Source: Thermoproteota archaeon
Lineage (GTDB): Archaea > Korarchaeota > Korarchaeia > Korarchaeales > JAOZGB01
Assembly: GCA_037917685.1 (NCBI GenBank)
Contig: JAVCBU010000002.1
Span: 1-49,417, forward strand
DNA: 49,417 nucleotides
Direction of reading: 5' to 3'
The notes beneath the pieces are model-generated. The model made no database searches, was not told where the DNA came from, and was given only the letters and a program-made list of their open reading frames with translations. Shown here one piece after another: positions 36,693 through 46,775 of the stretch (position 1 is the first letter of the stretch; each line of letters opens with the position of its first letter). A program made the translations under genes and the position numbers.

Positions 36693-37730
36693 TCACCCGG
36701 GTGATAGAGCTTCTGTTAATCCTTCTCTTGGATACTTAAAGACTTTATATTTTTCAAACCAAACCTTAACATTCTCACCCTGCTCCTCCTCTGATACCGC
36801 CGTTATGATATCGCCGTTCTCAAGCTCAACCTCATATCTGATAAGGGAGCCAAGGTAGCTTCTAAGCCTAACCTTTCCAGGAATCCCCCTGCCAAACACG
36901 ACACTCTCCGGCCTAACCCCTATAACGATAAGCTCCCCGTCAGGCATGTTGCAGGGACCGAGGTCGTAGCCACCCCTCACCATGGCTCTCCCACCCCTGC
37001 AGGTTCCCGTTAGGAAGCTTGCGTCTCCGACGAAAGCCATGACAAACAGGCTTCTAGGCTCATAGTATAATTCCTCCGGCCTTCCCACTTGAAGTATCTT
37101 CCCCCTCCGCATCACAGCTATCCTGTCAGCTACCGACATAGCCTCCTCCTGGTTATGGGTGACATGAAGTGCGGTGAGGCCTTTAGACTTTACAACATCC
37201 CTAAGCTTTCTCCTAACCTCAACGGCAACCTTCGCATCTATGGACGCGAGAGGCTCATCTAGGAGCATGAGCCTGGCTCCAGAGGCAACAGCCCTAAGTA
37301 TGGCGACCTCCTGCTGCTCCCCCATACTTAGCTCTCCAGGCAGCCTCTTAAGCCTCGCCCTAAACCTAAACTCGTCTCTGAGCTTTCGAACCATGTTTAA
37401 AGCCTCATCCGTGGCTACCTCCCTCGTTAGAAGACCATACATAGAGTTCTCGAGGCCGGTCATGTGCGGGAACAAGGCTAAATTCTGAAATATAAATCCC
37501 ACACTCCTATCCTCCGGCGGCAGCCCTAATATCGACTCTCCGTCAACCCTCACGTCTCCACTGGTAGGCTGAACTATCCCTGCTATAACCTTAAGCATTG
37601 TCGACTTTCCGCATCCTGACGGCCCTATGACAGCCAAGTACTCTCCATCTCTAACTGTTAGGCTAACCTTCTCCAACGCTTTAATCCTACCATAATACTT
37701 TGAAACCCCTTGAAGCTCAAGCATCGGCAT
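36693..37730 (-). CDS. ABC transporter ATP-binding protein (PotA/CysA/WtpC class) with TOBE domain
   Basis: GPSGCGKST, degenerate signature LSMGEQQ, LLDEP and HVTH. Confidence 0.93.
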   Translation of the reverse strand: MPMLELQGVSKYYGRIKALEKVSLTVRDGEYLAVIGPSGCGKSTMLKVIAGIVQPTSGDVRVDGESILGLPPEDRSVGFIFQNLALFPHMTGLENSMYGLLTREVATDEALNMVRKLRDEFRFRARLKRLPGELSMGEQQEVAILRAVASGARLMLLDEPLASIDAKVAVEVRRKLRDVVKSKGLTALHVTHNQEEAMSVADRIAVMRRGKILQVGRPEELYYEPRSLFVMAFVGDASFLTGTCRGGRAMVRGGYDLGPCNMPDGELIVIGVRPESVVFGRGIPGKVRLRSYLGSLIRYEVELENGDIITAVSEEEQGENVKVWFEKYKVFKYPREGLTEALSPG

Positions 37731-38802
37731 TCCAGACAGCCTCCAAAACCTCGGGGTATTTGAGGGTATAGTCGTAAGGATATACTAGTACATCTTCACG
37801 TTTAAGCCCGACATCTACGGTTTCTCCCCTCCTAATCCAGCCGATTTTAACCGTGGGAGCTTCAACCACGAATCTAAGGCCGTGTGACATGAGAATTATC
37901 CTTGAATATCTTCCTAGAAACCTGATATCGTCAACTCTTGCTTTGAATGTGTTATCAAGCTTAAGGCCGGGGAAGAGCCGCCTCGTCCTTAATGCGACGA
38001 GGACCTCGCCGTTGTGCCTGTTGAAAACAGTTTCTAACTCTAGACCTCCAAGATAAACCCTGCCGTCCTCCATCCTGCCCCGGTAGAGATTGCTCTCCCC
38101 TATGAAATAGGCGGTGAAAGGGCTTTGTGGCCTCATATAAAGCCTCTCTGGAGTCCCAGATTCAACGATCTCCCCATTTCTTAGCAGGTATATTTTGTCA
38201 GCTATGCTCATTGCCTCCTCATGATCATGGGTGACATGGACCACCGTTAGACCCAGAGACTTGGCCATCCTTCTTATCTCATATCGCAGGATAATCCTGA
38301 GCATCAAGTCTAATGCTGAAAGCGGCTCGTCAAGGAGTATTAGACCTGCGCCGGAGGCGACAGCCCTCGCCAGGGCTGTACGCTGGGCCATCCCACCGCT
38401 AAGCTCCCCGGGGTAGGATTCAGCCCTATCAATCAGGCCAACCATGTTTAGTACACGCCTAGCAACCTCTTCTGTTTCCCTTAGGCTCCAACCCCTACAG
38501 TGGGCTCCGAAAGTCACATTCTCCCATACAGTAAGGTGGGGGAAAAGCGCGTATCCCTGTGGAAGATAGCCTACATTTCTATCCTCAGGAGGGAGAGATG
38601 TGTAGTCCATACCGTCAACGATTATTGAGCCCTGGCTTGGCCTGACCAGGCCTGCTATAGCTTTCAGAAGCGTCGTCTTCCCAGCGCCCGTCGGGCCTGC
38701 GATAACAGTATAGCTGCCATCCTCAACGACAAGCTCCACATTTCTAAGGGCTTCAAGCCTTCCGTATCTTACAGTTATACCTTTAAGCTCCACTCTTGGC
38801 AT
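37717..38802 (-). CDS. ABC transporter ATP-binding protein with TOBE domain
   Basis: GPTGAGKTT, LSGGMAQR, LLDEP and HVTHD; GAGGGGTG RBS before the ATG at 38802. Confidence 0.93.
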   Translation of the reverse strand: MPRVELKGITVRYGRLEALRNVELVVEDGSYTVIAGPTGAGKTTLLKAIAGLVRPSQGSIIVDGMDYTSLPPEDRNVGYLPQGYALFPHLTVWENVTFGAHCRGWSLRETEEVARRVLNMVGLIDRAESYPGELSGGMAQRTALARAVASGAGLILLDEPLSALDLMLRIILRYEIRRMAKSLGLTVVHVTHDHEEAMSIADKIYLLRNGEIVESGTPERLYMRPQSPFTAYFIGESNLYRGRMEDGRVYLGGLELETVFNRHNGEVLVALRTRRLFPGLKLDNTFKARVDDIRFLGRYSRIILMSHGLRFVVEAPTVKIGWIRRGETVDVGLKREDVLVYPYDYTLKYPEVLEAVWNADA

Positions 38803-40357
38803 ATACACCCCTCTTAAGCATGTAGAGGAGCAAGGCTGAAGCTGCAAGCAGTACGATGCACGAGGTTCCTGCCGCCTGGTAATTGCCTGCCTTTACAAGG
38901 TCAACAATGTAAACGGGTGCTGTCAGGGCACGTGGGACAACTGCTAGGGTAGCACCGGTTTCACCAAGACTTCTGGTAAAAGATAGGATAACGCCAGCTA
39001 TTATTCCAGGCTTTATCAACGGGAATGTTATCCTCTTAAAAACCATTAGTGGGGTGGCTCCAAGGGTTCGGGCTGTCTCCTCCATAGCTGGATCCAGCTG
39101 TTCGAGAGAGGCGACGATGTTTCTAACAAGTAGTGGCTGGGTGAATGAAATATGGGCGAGTGAGATAAGAGCAAGATCTGGCAGGTGGAGGGCAAGTCCC
39201 TCACTCCAGAATAGTGATATTGAGAAACCCAATGCTGTTGTCGGCACGATCAACGGTATATTTACAAGGCTGTCCAGAATAACAGATGCAAGCTTAAACT
39301 TCGACCTACCAATGAGTATCGATAATGGGATGCCTGACGCGAGATTAATAACTGTTGTTAAACCAGCCACCACTACGCTGCTTACAATCGCCGTTAAAAG
39401 GTCTCTCTCTATACTGGAGATCCCAAGCCGAGCTGGAAAACCTGCAATAAACAGGGAGGGTACAAGCACAGCTATAAAAGCGAAAAGGAAGGAAAACAGG
39501 TCTCTTAAGAATACCGGATACCCACTACTGACCCCACGTTCAAATCTATAAATCTTTCTAACCGGTATCCTCCATCTCGACGCCACATGCCTGAAGCCAA
39601 GCAGAAGTATGAGGCTTGAAACTATGAGGAACAGGCTCAGGAGGCCCCCGGCAAACATGTATAGGTCAGACCCGGCAGCCCTCCAATCCTTAATGAGGAC
39701 AGGCCCTGTCCTACGGGTAGATCCAATGATGCTTAACGCTGCAAATGTACCACCAGTCTCACTGAGGCTTTTCGAGAAGCACAGGATTAGGCCTGCAATA
39801 ATACCAGGCTTAATCATCGGAATCACCACAGTTTTAACCACGGTGAAAGGTTTAGCACCAAGAGTCCTCGCGGCAAGAACATACTGGGACTCAACACTTG
39901 ATATAGCAGCGTACAGCGTCCTAAGCATGTAAGGATAGCTCATAGCAACATGTAAAGCCACAACAATCCAGAAAGCACTCTTAAGATCAGCAATCCCACT
40001 CCAGAACATAGCCACAGAAAAGCCAAGCGCAGACGTCGGCATAGCCATGGGGAGATCTAAAACCGTATCCCACAAACCCCTAAACCTAAAATCCTTCTTC
40101 AGAAGGATCCATGCCATAGGCAATGCAGACAGGAGATCTATTGCTGAAACAGCCATGGCAATCTCATAGCTCAACTTCACAGAATCATAGAATTCACCCA
40201 TAATACTGGAATTGCCAAGGACATGGGTGAGCATACCAACATCTCTAAACAAGTAGAAAACCAGGTAGATAGGAGGAACAAGAACAAACAGTAAGAAGAA
40301 GAAAACCACCAACCCATAAAATACCGCTTTAAACCCAGCCCTGGAAAGTAAACTCAT
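38783..40357 (-). CDS. ABC transporter permease with two fused TM domains (CysT/ModB/FbpB class)
   Basis: Two copies each of (D/N)(L/I)P..(M/V)PT.ALG, the EAA-like AARTLGA/TARTLGA loop and SL(S/G)ETG. Confidence 0.92.
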   Translation of the reverse strand: MSLLSRAGFKAVFYGLVVFFFLLFVLVPPIYLVFYLFRDVGMLTHVLGNSSIMGEFYDSVKLSYEIAMAVSAIDLLSALPMAWILLKKDFRFRGLWDTVLDLPMAMPTSALGFSVAMFWSGIADLKSAFWIVVALHVAMSYPYMLRTLYAAISSVESQYVLAARTLGAKPFTVVKTVVIPMIKPGIIAGLILCFSKSLSETGGTFAALSIIGSTRRTGPVLIKDWRAAGSDLYMFAGGLLSLFLIVSSLILLLGFRHVASRWRIPVRKIYRFERGVSSGYPVFLRDLFSFLFAFIAVLVPSLFIAGFPARLGISSIERDLLTAIVSSVVVAGLTTVINLASGIPLSILIGRSKFKLASVILDSLVNIPLIVPTTALGFSISLFWSEGLALHLPDLALISLAHISFTQPLLVRNIVASLEQLDPAMEETARTLGATPLMVFKRITFPLIKPGIIAGVILSFTRSLGETGATLAVVPRALTAPVYIVDLVKAGNYQAAGTSCIVLLAASALLLYMLKRGVYAKSGA

Positions 40358-40636
40358 ATGGTAAAAAATTAAACTCTAAATCATATAAACATACCGTCCT
40401 CCCCTCCGGCAACAAAATCTAAACCTCAACAAGTACTTAGATCAAGCAATTTTTAATAGCTACATCTTACAGGCAACAATCCTACAAAGGGTTAATGTTC
40501 AGCGGCGAGGGATTAGTTGTTTGAATCGAAGGCCCAAGTGAAGTACACCCTAAATCCTGACAGTACGCTGCTTGTTAAAACCGCCGCAAATTCAAGCATG
40601 AGCCCTCCAAGATTTGCGTGGAACCCCTTGATTTAA

Positions 40637-41752
40637 ATGCTACCATCACCCCTCCATTTTATGCCTCTAATTCGAGCACTGGCCTACCACGCGGACCCAC
40701 GCCAGCCAGTAAACCGCATCGTCAAACAGCTTGGGGAAGCATCCACGATCCTGGACCGCATTGAAGAAAATATAGACATGGATGTCTGGAGTACGAGGCT
40801 TGTCTTTCCCCGGCTTACCCGTCTACAAGGGATAAGCCAGCTATCCACCTATATAGAAGACGCCCTGGAAGAGGCAGGTTTCAGCTATGCAGCTATGTCA
40901 CTCGGCCCGGCAGACCATGAAAAAGCTTCAGACGAGATTATAGAGTCCCTAAGGAACACGTCGACCATCTTCTTCAGCTATAAGGTTGCAGACCTAAATG
41001 AAGACCCTTGCATGATCAACCTCAGGCCCGTAACCGCCATGCTGAAGAAAATAGCATCGGAGGCTGGCCCAGATGCATGTACAAGATTCGCAATAGCCTA
41101 TGGCAGCCCACCTGAGACACCATACTTCCCAGTCTGCGCCTCCAGGAGGCAGGGGATATCCGCATGCTTAAGATACGCTGGGGACCTGGAAGATACTGAT
41201 AAGAACACCATAAGACATGTTATACGCCGGATAGTGAGTAACGCATACTCCATACTGGAAGAAGCCTGTCAAAACCTAAACCTCAATTATATAGGGTTAG
41301 ATGCATCCCTCTCACCATGGATGCATGAAAGCGTTGCAAAGATAATAGAGAAACTCTCAGGGGAAACCTTTGGAGAGCCTGGAACTTTGTCAGCAGTACA
41401 CTATCTAAATAAAATACTATCTGAACTGTCTGCTGAACTATTGCTTACAGGCTTTAACGAAATTATGCTCCCTCTAGCCGAGGACAGTAGGCTCATAGAG
41501 CTGGCTGAGGAGCACAGGATAAAAGCCTCAACCCTTGCATCACTAGTCTCCGTCTCGGTTGCAGGCCTAGACATGGTAGCCATACCCCTAAACACCGATG
41601 ACATAACCATAGAAAACCTGGTGGAAGACACCCTTACACTGGCTTACAGAAAACAGAAGCCGACAGGAATAAGACTAATCCTGGTAGATCTCGAACCCTA
41701 CGAACACGTAGAACTCGAAAGATTCCCCAGCATACCAGTTATTCCCCCATGA
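40637..41752 (+). CDS. DUF711 (UPF0210, PFL-like fold) family protein
   Basis: TPYFP, GLDASLSPW, GFNEIMLPLAED and GLDMV. Confidence 0.85.
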   Translation: MLPSPLHFMPLIRALAYHADPRQPVNRIVKQLGEASTILDRIEENIDMDVWSTRLVFPRLTRLQGISQLSTYIEDALEEAGFSYAAMSLGPADHEKASDEIIESLRNTSTIFFSYKVADLNEDPCMINLRPVTAMLKKIASEAGPDACTRFAIAYGSPPETPYFPVCASRRQGISACLRYAGDLEDTDKNTIRHVIRRIVSNAYSILEEACQNLNLNYIGLDASLSPWMHESVAKIIEKLSGETFGEPGTLSAVHYLNKILSELSAELLLTGFNEIMLPLAEDSRLIELAEEHRIKASTLASLVSVSVAGLDMVAIPLNTDDITIENLVEDTLTLAYRKQKPTGIRLILVDLEPYEHVELERFPSIPVIPP

Positions 41753-41797
41753 CTCGGAAAGGCCCCTAGGGGACTTATTCTCCGCGAGACCTAGCCT

Positions 41798-42715
41798 TTA
41801 AGGATAGAGGGCGCGATTATGAAGCATCTTTCTTAAGCCTTCCTCTAGTTCTACCTCTGGTTTGAATCCTAATATCTTTTTGGCTGTCGAGATGTCTGCG
41901 TAGCTGCGCTTTACATCACACGGCCTGGGCTTCCTGTACTCTGGCTCCGCGTTCACCCCTGAAATCTCAGAGATGAGGATTGCAAGCTTCTTGATGCTTA
42001 TTTCCCTCCCTGTTGCGATGTTAAAGGTTCCATGCTTAACACTTGATTCTAGAGCCCTAAGGTTTGCCCTAGCCACGTCTGTGACGTGTATGAAGTCTCT
42101 TGTCTGGCTTCCATCTCCAAATATTATGGGTGGCTTTTCCTCCTTTACTCTTCTGATGAATCTTTGTATTACTCCTGCATACTCAGGGCTCTGGCCAGGG
42201 CCGTAAACGTTGAAGTATCTTAGAACTACTGTTTCAACCCCATATGCGTGGTGGAAAGCGTTACAGTACGCCTCGCCCGCAAGCTTCGAAGCTCCGTAGA
42301 CAGATAAGGGTTTTGTAGGGTGGTTTTCCCTTATTGGGAGGCTTTCCGGCTCCCCGTAGACCGCGGCCGTGGAGGCGTAGAGTACCCTGCTGACTCCTGC
42401 CTCTACGGACGCTCTGAGAACGTTCAATGTTCCCAGGGCGTTAACCTCGTGGTATAGTAGAGGCTTAGACTTTGACTCCTCCACACTTATCAATGCTGCA
42501 AGGTGGATAACCTTACTTGCCCCCTTAAAGGCCTCAACAAGACCATTGTAGTTTCTAACGTCAACTCTTAATATTTCAACCCCCAGCTTCCTAGTCTCCC
42601 CTAACATTCCAGCCCTGGACAGGTTGTCGACAACCTTAACCCGGTAACCCTCTTCTAGAAGCATTCTAATAGTCCAGTATCCAATAAAGCCACAGCCGCC
42701 TGTAACTATGATCAT
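41798..42715 (-). CDS. NAD-dependent sugar epimerase/dehydratase (UDP-glucose 4-epimerase-like)
   Basis: TGGCGFIG, HLAA, STAAVYG, YGASK, RYFNVYGP and GDGSQTRDF. Confidence 0.95.
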   Translation of the reverse strand: MIIVTGGCGFIGYWTIRMLLEEGYRVKVVDNLSRAGMLGETRKLGVEILRVDVRNYNGLVEAFKGASKVIHLAALISVEESKSKPLLYHEVNALGTLNVLRASVEAGVSRVLYASTAAVYGEPESLPIRENHPTKPLSVYGASKLAGEAYCNAFHHAYGVETVVLRYFNVYGPGQSPEYAGVIQRFIRRVKEEKPPIIFGDGSQTRDFIHVTDVARANLRALESSVKHGTFNIATGREISIKKLAILISEISGVNAEPEYRKPRPCDVKRSYADISTAKKILGFKPEVELEEGLRKMLHNRALYP

Positions 42716-42886
42716 CGGCTTAAATGTTGAGCCCGCTTAATAAATAAATCTCTATGTGGCAGATCATTTTCCTCGGAGATCTTGATATTACATGTTTCAG
42801 AGCGTGCGCTTCAATTCTCAAATCCGGTTCGGCTCAGCAATTTTATATTTGCATGCTGCTACCTGGAGATAGGGCTAGGGATTCTA

Positions 42887-43306
42887 GTGTGGGCTGATCT
42901 TGAATACGCTGTAAACAGGCTCAGTAAGGGCTTATCCATGGTAATAGTTAAGAACGGTAGAGTCCTGTTTGAAACACGGAAACACGGCCTGTCAGGGCTA
43001 ATAGAAGCTTTAGACAAATACATGGAACGCCTGAGGGGGGCGTCCATAGCTGACAAGGTTGTTGGGAAAGCAGCAGCCCTGCTGATCGCCTACGCTGGAA
43101 TAGTAGATGTTTATGCGTCCATCCTTAGCATTCACGGCATGCAAGAGCTGGAGAAACATGGAATCCACTACCGGTATGGAAAGCTTGTAAAATATATAGC
43201 CGGGAGGCGCAGGGGGGAAGTTTGTCCTTTCGAGAGGTTAACCATGAATATATCAGATCCAGCGGAAGCCTACAGGAAGATCAAATTTTACATGGCGGAG
43301 TCGTAG
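42887..43306 (+). CDS. DUF1893 (TM1506-like) protein
   Basis: ADKVVGKAAALL and CPFE motifs; the GTG start at 42887 is inferred. Confidence 0.85.
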   Translation: MWADLEYAVNRLSKGLSMVIVKNGRVLFETRKHGLSGLIEALDKYMERLRGASIADKVVGKAAALLIAYAGIVDVYASILSIHGMQELEKHGIHYRYGKLVKYIAGRRRGEVCPFERLTMNISDPAEAYRKIKFYMAES

Positions 43307-43361
43307 AGGTCTTTAGTCCTTTACTTTCCGATGCACGTGTAGAATCCTTTATTCTCCTTCT

Positions 43362-44333
43362 TTAGCCCTTGATTTTAAGCTTTATCTCGAAGAGTTCAAC
43401 ACGCCTATTACCGTTAGCATCGTTCCACTCTATCATAATGAAGCTTGCAGTCTTATCAATCTCCTCACTCATAGTAAGATACATAGCAGCAGCAAGCGTT
43501 CCATATCTCGTAGCCCCCTCAACAACCAATGTCTCATTATAGGCGGCTATAAATGCATAGTCTCTCATACCATAGAAGGTATCTGGTAGGTACCAGCTTC
43601 CATTCGGGGTATATATATTCCACCCAGCCCTAGCCCTGTCAAAGCCTATGCTGAGTTGTTTGTTAACCCATGAAGCAGCTGGGTTCACGACTGGGCCCCC
43701 GATCTCTACTATTATGCTTCCATTACCGGCTCTTATGAGTGATGCAGCCTCAGCGTCAGCTTCACTATGAAAGTTTACACGCCCAGCATTCCTGAGATAG
43801 TCTAATATGGATCCTGGTGCAGGATCTAAAACTTCAAGATATATCCGGATCATGGGCGCCCCTGTTTCAGGCTTGCTCCAGCCTCTACAGTCGTATCTCC
43901 ATAGATTATCCGGGTTATTGTCAAGATCTAAGCCTATCCCTTCAACGTGTAGGAAGTGAAGCATGAAGAAGAACCTGCCCTGAACCTTAATTCCTGGGTT
44001 AATCTGTACAAGGCTCCAGTCTGGGTAAGTCTTAGACTTGAAAACGTAGAGTTCTCTGAAGGAAACATTTTCAACAAAAATGTTGGATCCGACGGTTGGG
44101 GTAAAATCAGCTACGATCACTTCAGCCATTCTACTGCTTATCTGGTAAATACTCACACCGACGATCAGGCATCTCCAGGGAATCCAGCACTCGTATCCGT
44201 AGGATGAGAGGCAGCTCTTATCGAGAAAAGTCTCGGCTGTCCCGTCGTCAAAGGATAGGGTGTAGGGCCATCCTGCAATGATGGCAGCGTTTAAACATAA
44301 AACTATGAGAGCTAGTACGAGGAACCTCCGCAT
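43362..44333 (-). CDS. Secreted protein with C-terminal S-layer-like domain
   Basis: Signal peptide, LSFDDGTAE, IVEIGGPVVNP, G.TRYGTLAAA and the Ca-binding-like WNDANGN. Confidence 0.7.
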   Translation of the reverse strand: MRRFLVLALIVLCLNAAIIAGWPYTLSFDDGTAETFLDKSCLSSYGYECWIPWRCLIVGVSIYQISSRMAEVIVADFTPTVGSNIFVENVSFRELYVFKSKTYPDWSLVQINPGIKVQGRFFFMLHFLHVEGIGLDLDNNPDNLWRYDCRGWSKPETGAPMIRIYLEVLDPAPGSILDYLRNAGRVNFHSEADAEAASLIRAGNGSIIVEIGGPVVNPAASWVNKQLSIGFDRARAGWNIYTPNGSWYLPDTFYGMRDYAFIAAYNETLVVEGATRYGTLAAAMYLTMSEEIDKTASFIMIEWNDANGNRRVELFEIKLKIKG

Positions 44334-44433
44334 TACTCAAACAAAGACTTAAACACATTAAAACCTTAGCATTCAACCATGCCCAGGCTGGGCTAGTAAT
44401 CCTTATATCTATAAAACAGGCACTCACCCTTGT

Positions 44434-45900
44434 ATGAGTGTGATAGTTTCGCCGGAGGTCAAAGAAATAGTTAACAAGTATAGGGAGGTATGGGCTCTTG
44501 AATATGCCAGGTCGCTTCTCGGCTGGGACATGGAGACATATATGCCTCCTAAGGCTTTTAAGGAGAGAGGCGATGTGAATGCCGTGCTTGAAACTCTTAA
44601 ACAGAGGCTTATAACAAGCCCGGAGTTCATGAAGCTGGTAGACACTGCAAAGCCCGGGAACGACGTTGAGAAGGGAATAATAAGGGTTCTCAAGAGAGAC
44701 ATCAAATACTATACTAGGCTACCCAAAGAGTTCTTGGTGGAGGAGGAAAAGGTGAAGGCGGAAGCCTTTCAGACATGGAAGAAGGCAAGGGAGAAAGGCG
44801 ACTTCCAAATGTACGCTCCTGTTCTAACCAGGATAGTAGAACTTCAGAGGGAGAAGGCTGAACTGCTAGGATACCAGGATCATCCATATGATGCCTTGCT
44901 AGACCTATATGAGGAAAACTTAACAGTAAAGAAGTGTGAGGAAATCTTCTCCAGGGTAGACAGGATCTCGGACATGTTCAAGAAAGCATCGGAAAAGTAT
45001 CCTGACACACATCCACTTGAAGACGAGAAATATGAGAAGCCCTTCCTAGAAAGACTAATCAAACATGTGATTAGAAGACTCGGCTATGACTTCAACCGGG
45101 GGAGGGTAGACGTTTCCCCGCATCCCTTTACCATAAACATGGGGTTAGACGATGTGAGAATAACGGTGAGATATGAAGGTAAAGACTTCAGGAGGGCTCT
45201 GCTGGCAGCCGTACACGAGTTCGGCCATGCAACCTACGAGATGAACGTGTCAAGGGAGCTACAAGCTACACCAGTCCAACGTGGAGTGTCCCTTGGAGTC
45301 CATGAGTCCCAGTCAAGGTTCTGGGAGAACATAGTCGGAAGGAGCAGGTGGTTTGTAGAAGAGTTCTATGGGGAAATGTGTATGGCGCTACCCTTCCTCT
45401 CAAACTATGGCGTGGAGAACGTCTACAGATACTTCACCCTGGTCAGGCCGGAGCCAATAAGGGTTGAAGCTGACGAACTCCAATATGTCCTACACGTGTA
45501 TCTAAGGTACAGGATAGAGAAGGACCTTATAGATGAGGAGCTGCAAGTAAGGGAGCTTCCCCAGGTCTGGAATAGTCTTATGGAAGACCTTGTAGGTATT
45601 AAACCACCAAATGACAGGCTAGGTGTTCTCCAGGACGTACACTGGTCCCATGCCGCTATAGGATACTTCCCTACTTATGCCATTGGAAGCATGGTTGCAG
45701 CTCAAATCTATAAACTAACCGATAACGTGGCAAGGATGGTTGAAACAGTAGATTTCAAAGGCTTAATGGAGACCTTAGCTGTTAAGATACATAGGTGGGG
45801 GGCTGTGTATCCCCCGGAGGAGCTTGTTAAGAAAGCCACGGGTGAGGAGATAAAGCCGGAATATTTCGTCTCCTACCTTGAGGAGAAATACGTGAAGTAA
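44434..45900 (+). CDS. Carboxypeptidase, family M32 (Taq/Pfu type)
   Basis: HPF, DVRIT, HEFGH, HESQSRFWEN, IRVEADE and QDVHW...GYFPTY. Confidence 0.97.
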   Translation: MSVIVSPEVKEIVNKYREVWALEYARSLLGWDMETYMPPKAFKERGDVNAVLETLKQRLITSPEFMKLVDTAKPGNDVEKGIIRVLKRDIKYYTRLPKEFLVEEEKVKAEAFQTWKKAREKGDFQMYAPVLTRIVELQREKAELLGYQDHPYDALLDLYEENLTVKKCEEIFSRVDRISDMFKKASEKYPDTHPLEDEKYEKPFLERLIKHVIRRLGYDFNRGRVDVSPHPFTINMGLDDVRITVRYEGKDFRRALLAAVHEFGHATYEMNVSRELQATPVQRGVSLGVHESQSRFWENIVGRSRWFVEEFYGEMCMALPFLSNYGVENVYRYFTLVRPEPIRVEADELQYVLHVYLRYRIEKDLIDEELQVRELPQVWNSLMEDLVGIKPPNDRLGVLQDVHWSHAAIGYFPTYAIGSMVAAQIYKLTDNVARMVETVDFKGLMETLAVKIHRWGAVYPPEELVKKATGEEIKPEYFVSYLEEKYVK

Positions 45901-46237
45901 ACATTTTTAGACGGCAAACATCTTATAATATGGGCGTTAACAAATAGAATCGATTAAAAATCGAGTAATTTTATAAGTTTATAGAGCTATGTATACATGG
46001 AAAATTTAAATATTCAAGTCGAAAAATTCGGGGGCTTCAAAATCGCAAGCATTTCGTGTAAAAGGCCCTTACACAAGGATAAGCTAAGTCTTCAAGATAC
46101 TGGTTGCATGGCTAATACAGAAGCGGGCAACAGTGGAGGGCCCGCCGTTCGGAATCTTCTACAATTCTCCAGGAGGATGGCTGAGGATAGTTAAAGTTAA
46201 AAACGTGGATAGAGCCCTCAGAGGGATGGCTGGAAAA

Positions 46238-46775
46238 CTAACAATCCTCCTGAGCAAGTCCTAGAGGCACTAGGAGAGCCCCGCAAACCATAAACCATTT
46301 CAATGCAGCCTTCGCATTCAGCCTTAAATACTCTATTCTAACCTTGAATCCACGGAGAAAGATAAAGCCACAGCAGCCGGAGACGAGAGGAGCTAAATCC
46401 CCTATATCTACACCAGCAACGAGTTCTGCACCATCCAACAAGCTGAACTCTGCCGGAAGCCAGACGGCGAGGATGAGGGGGACATCCCACAAGCCTATTT
46501 CACAATTCCTCCTCCAAACAGCTAATACCATATGAACAAATATAGTGTAAGCCGCAAAACATGGGAGGAGAAGAGGCTTCTAAAACCCAAAATACAACGT
46601 TAAAGATTGCTGGCATCCAGACAACAAGCGAAGCAGCCTTAACACCATTAAATCTACTCCTAAACCATCGAAATCCAACAAGCATGAAAAGCGAGAAGAG
46701 TACTATTAAGAATACCTCTCTAACTGTCAGCAACACCTGAAAAACCAGGGAACCACTCGGAAGCCACCTAACCAT
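46238..46775 (-). pseudogene. Probable frameshifted and truncated membrane protein gene (ORFs 46500-46775 and 46238-46531)
   Basis: Two overlapping hydrophobic ORFs join into one TM pattern if the frame shifts near the T run at about 46556-46560 (..PPM/FAAYTIFVHMVLAVW..). Confidence 0.45.
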
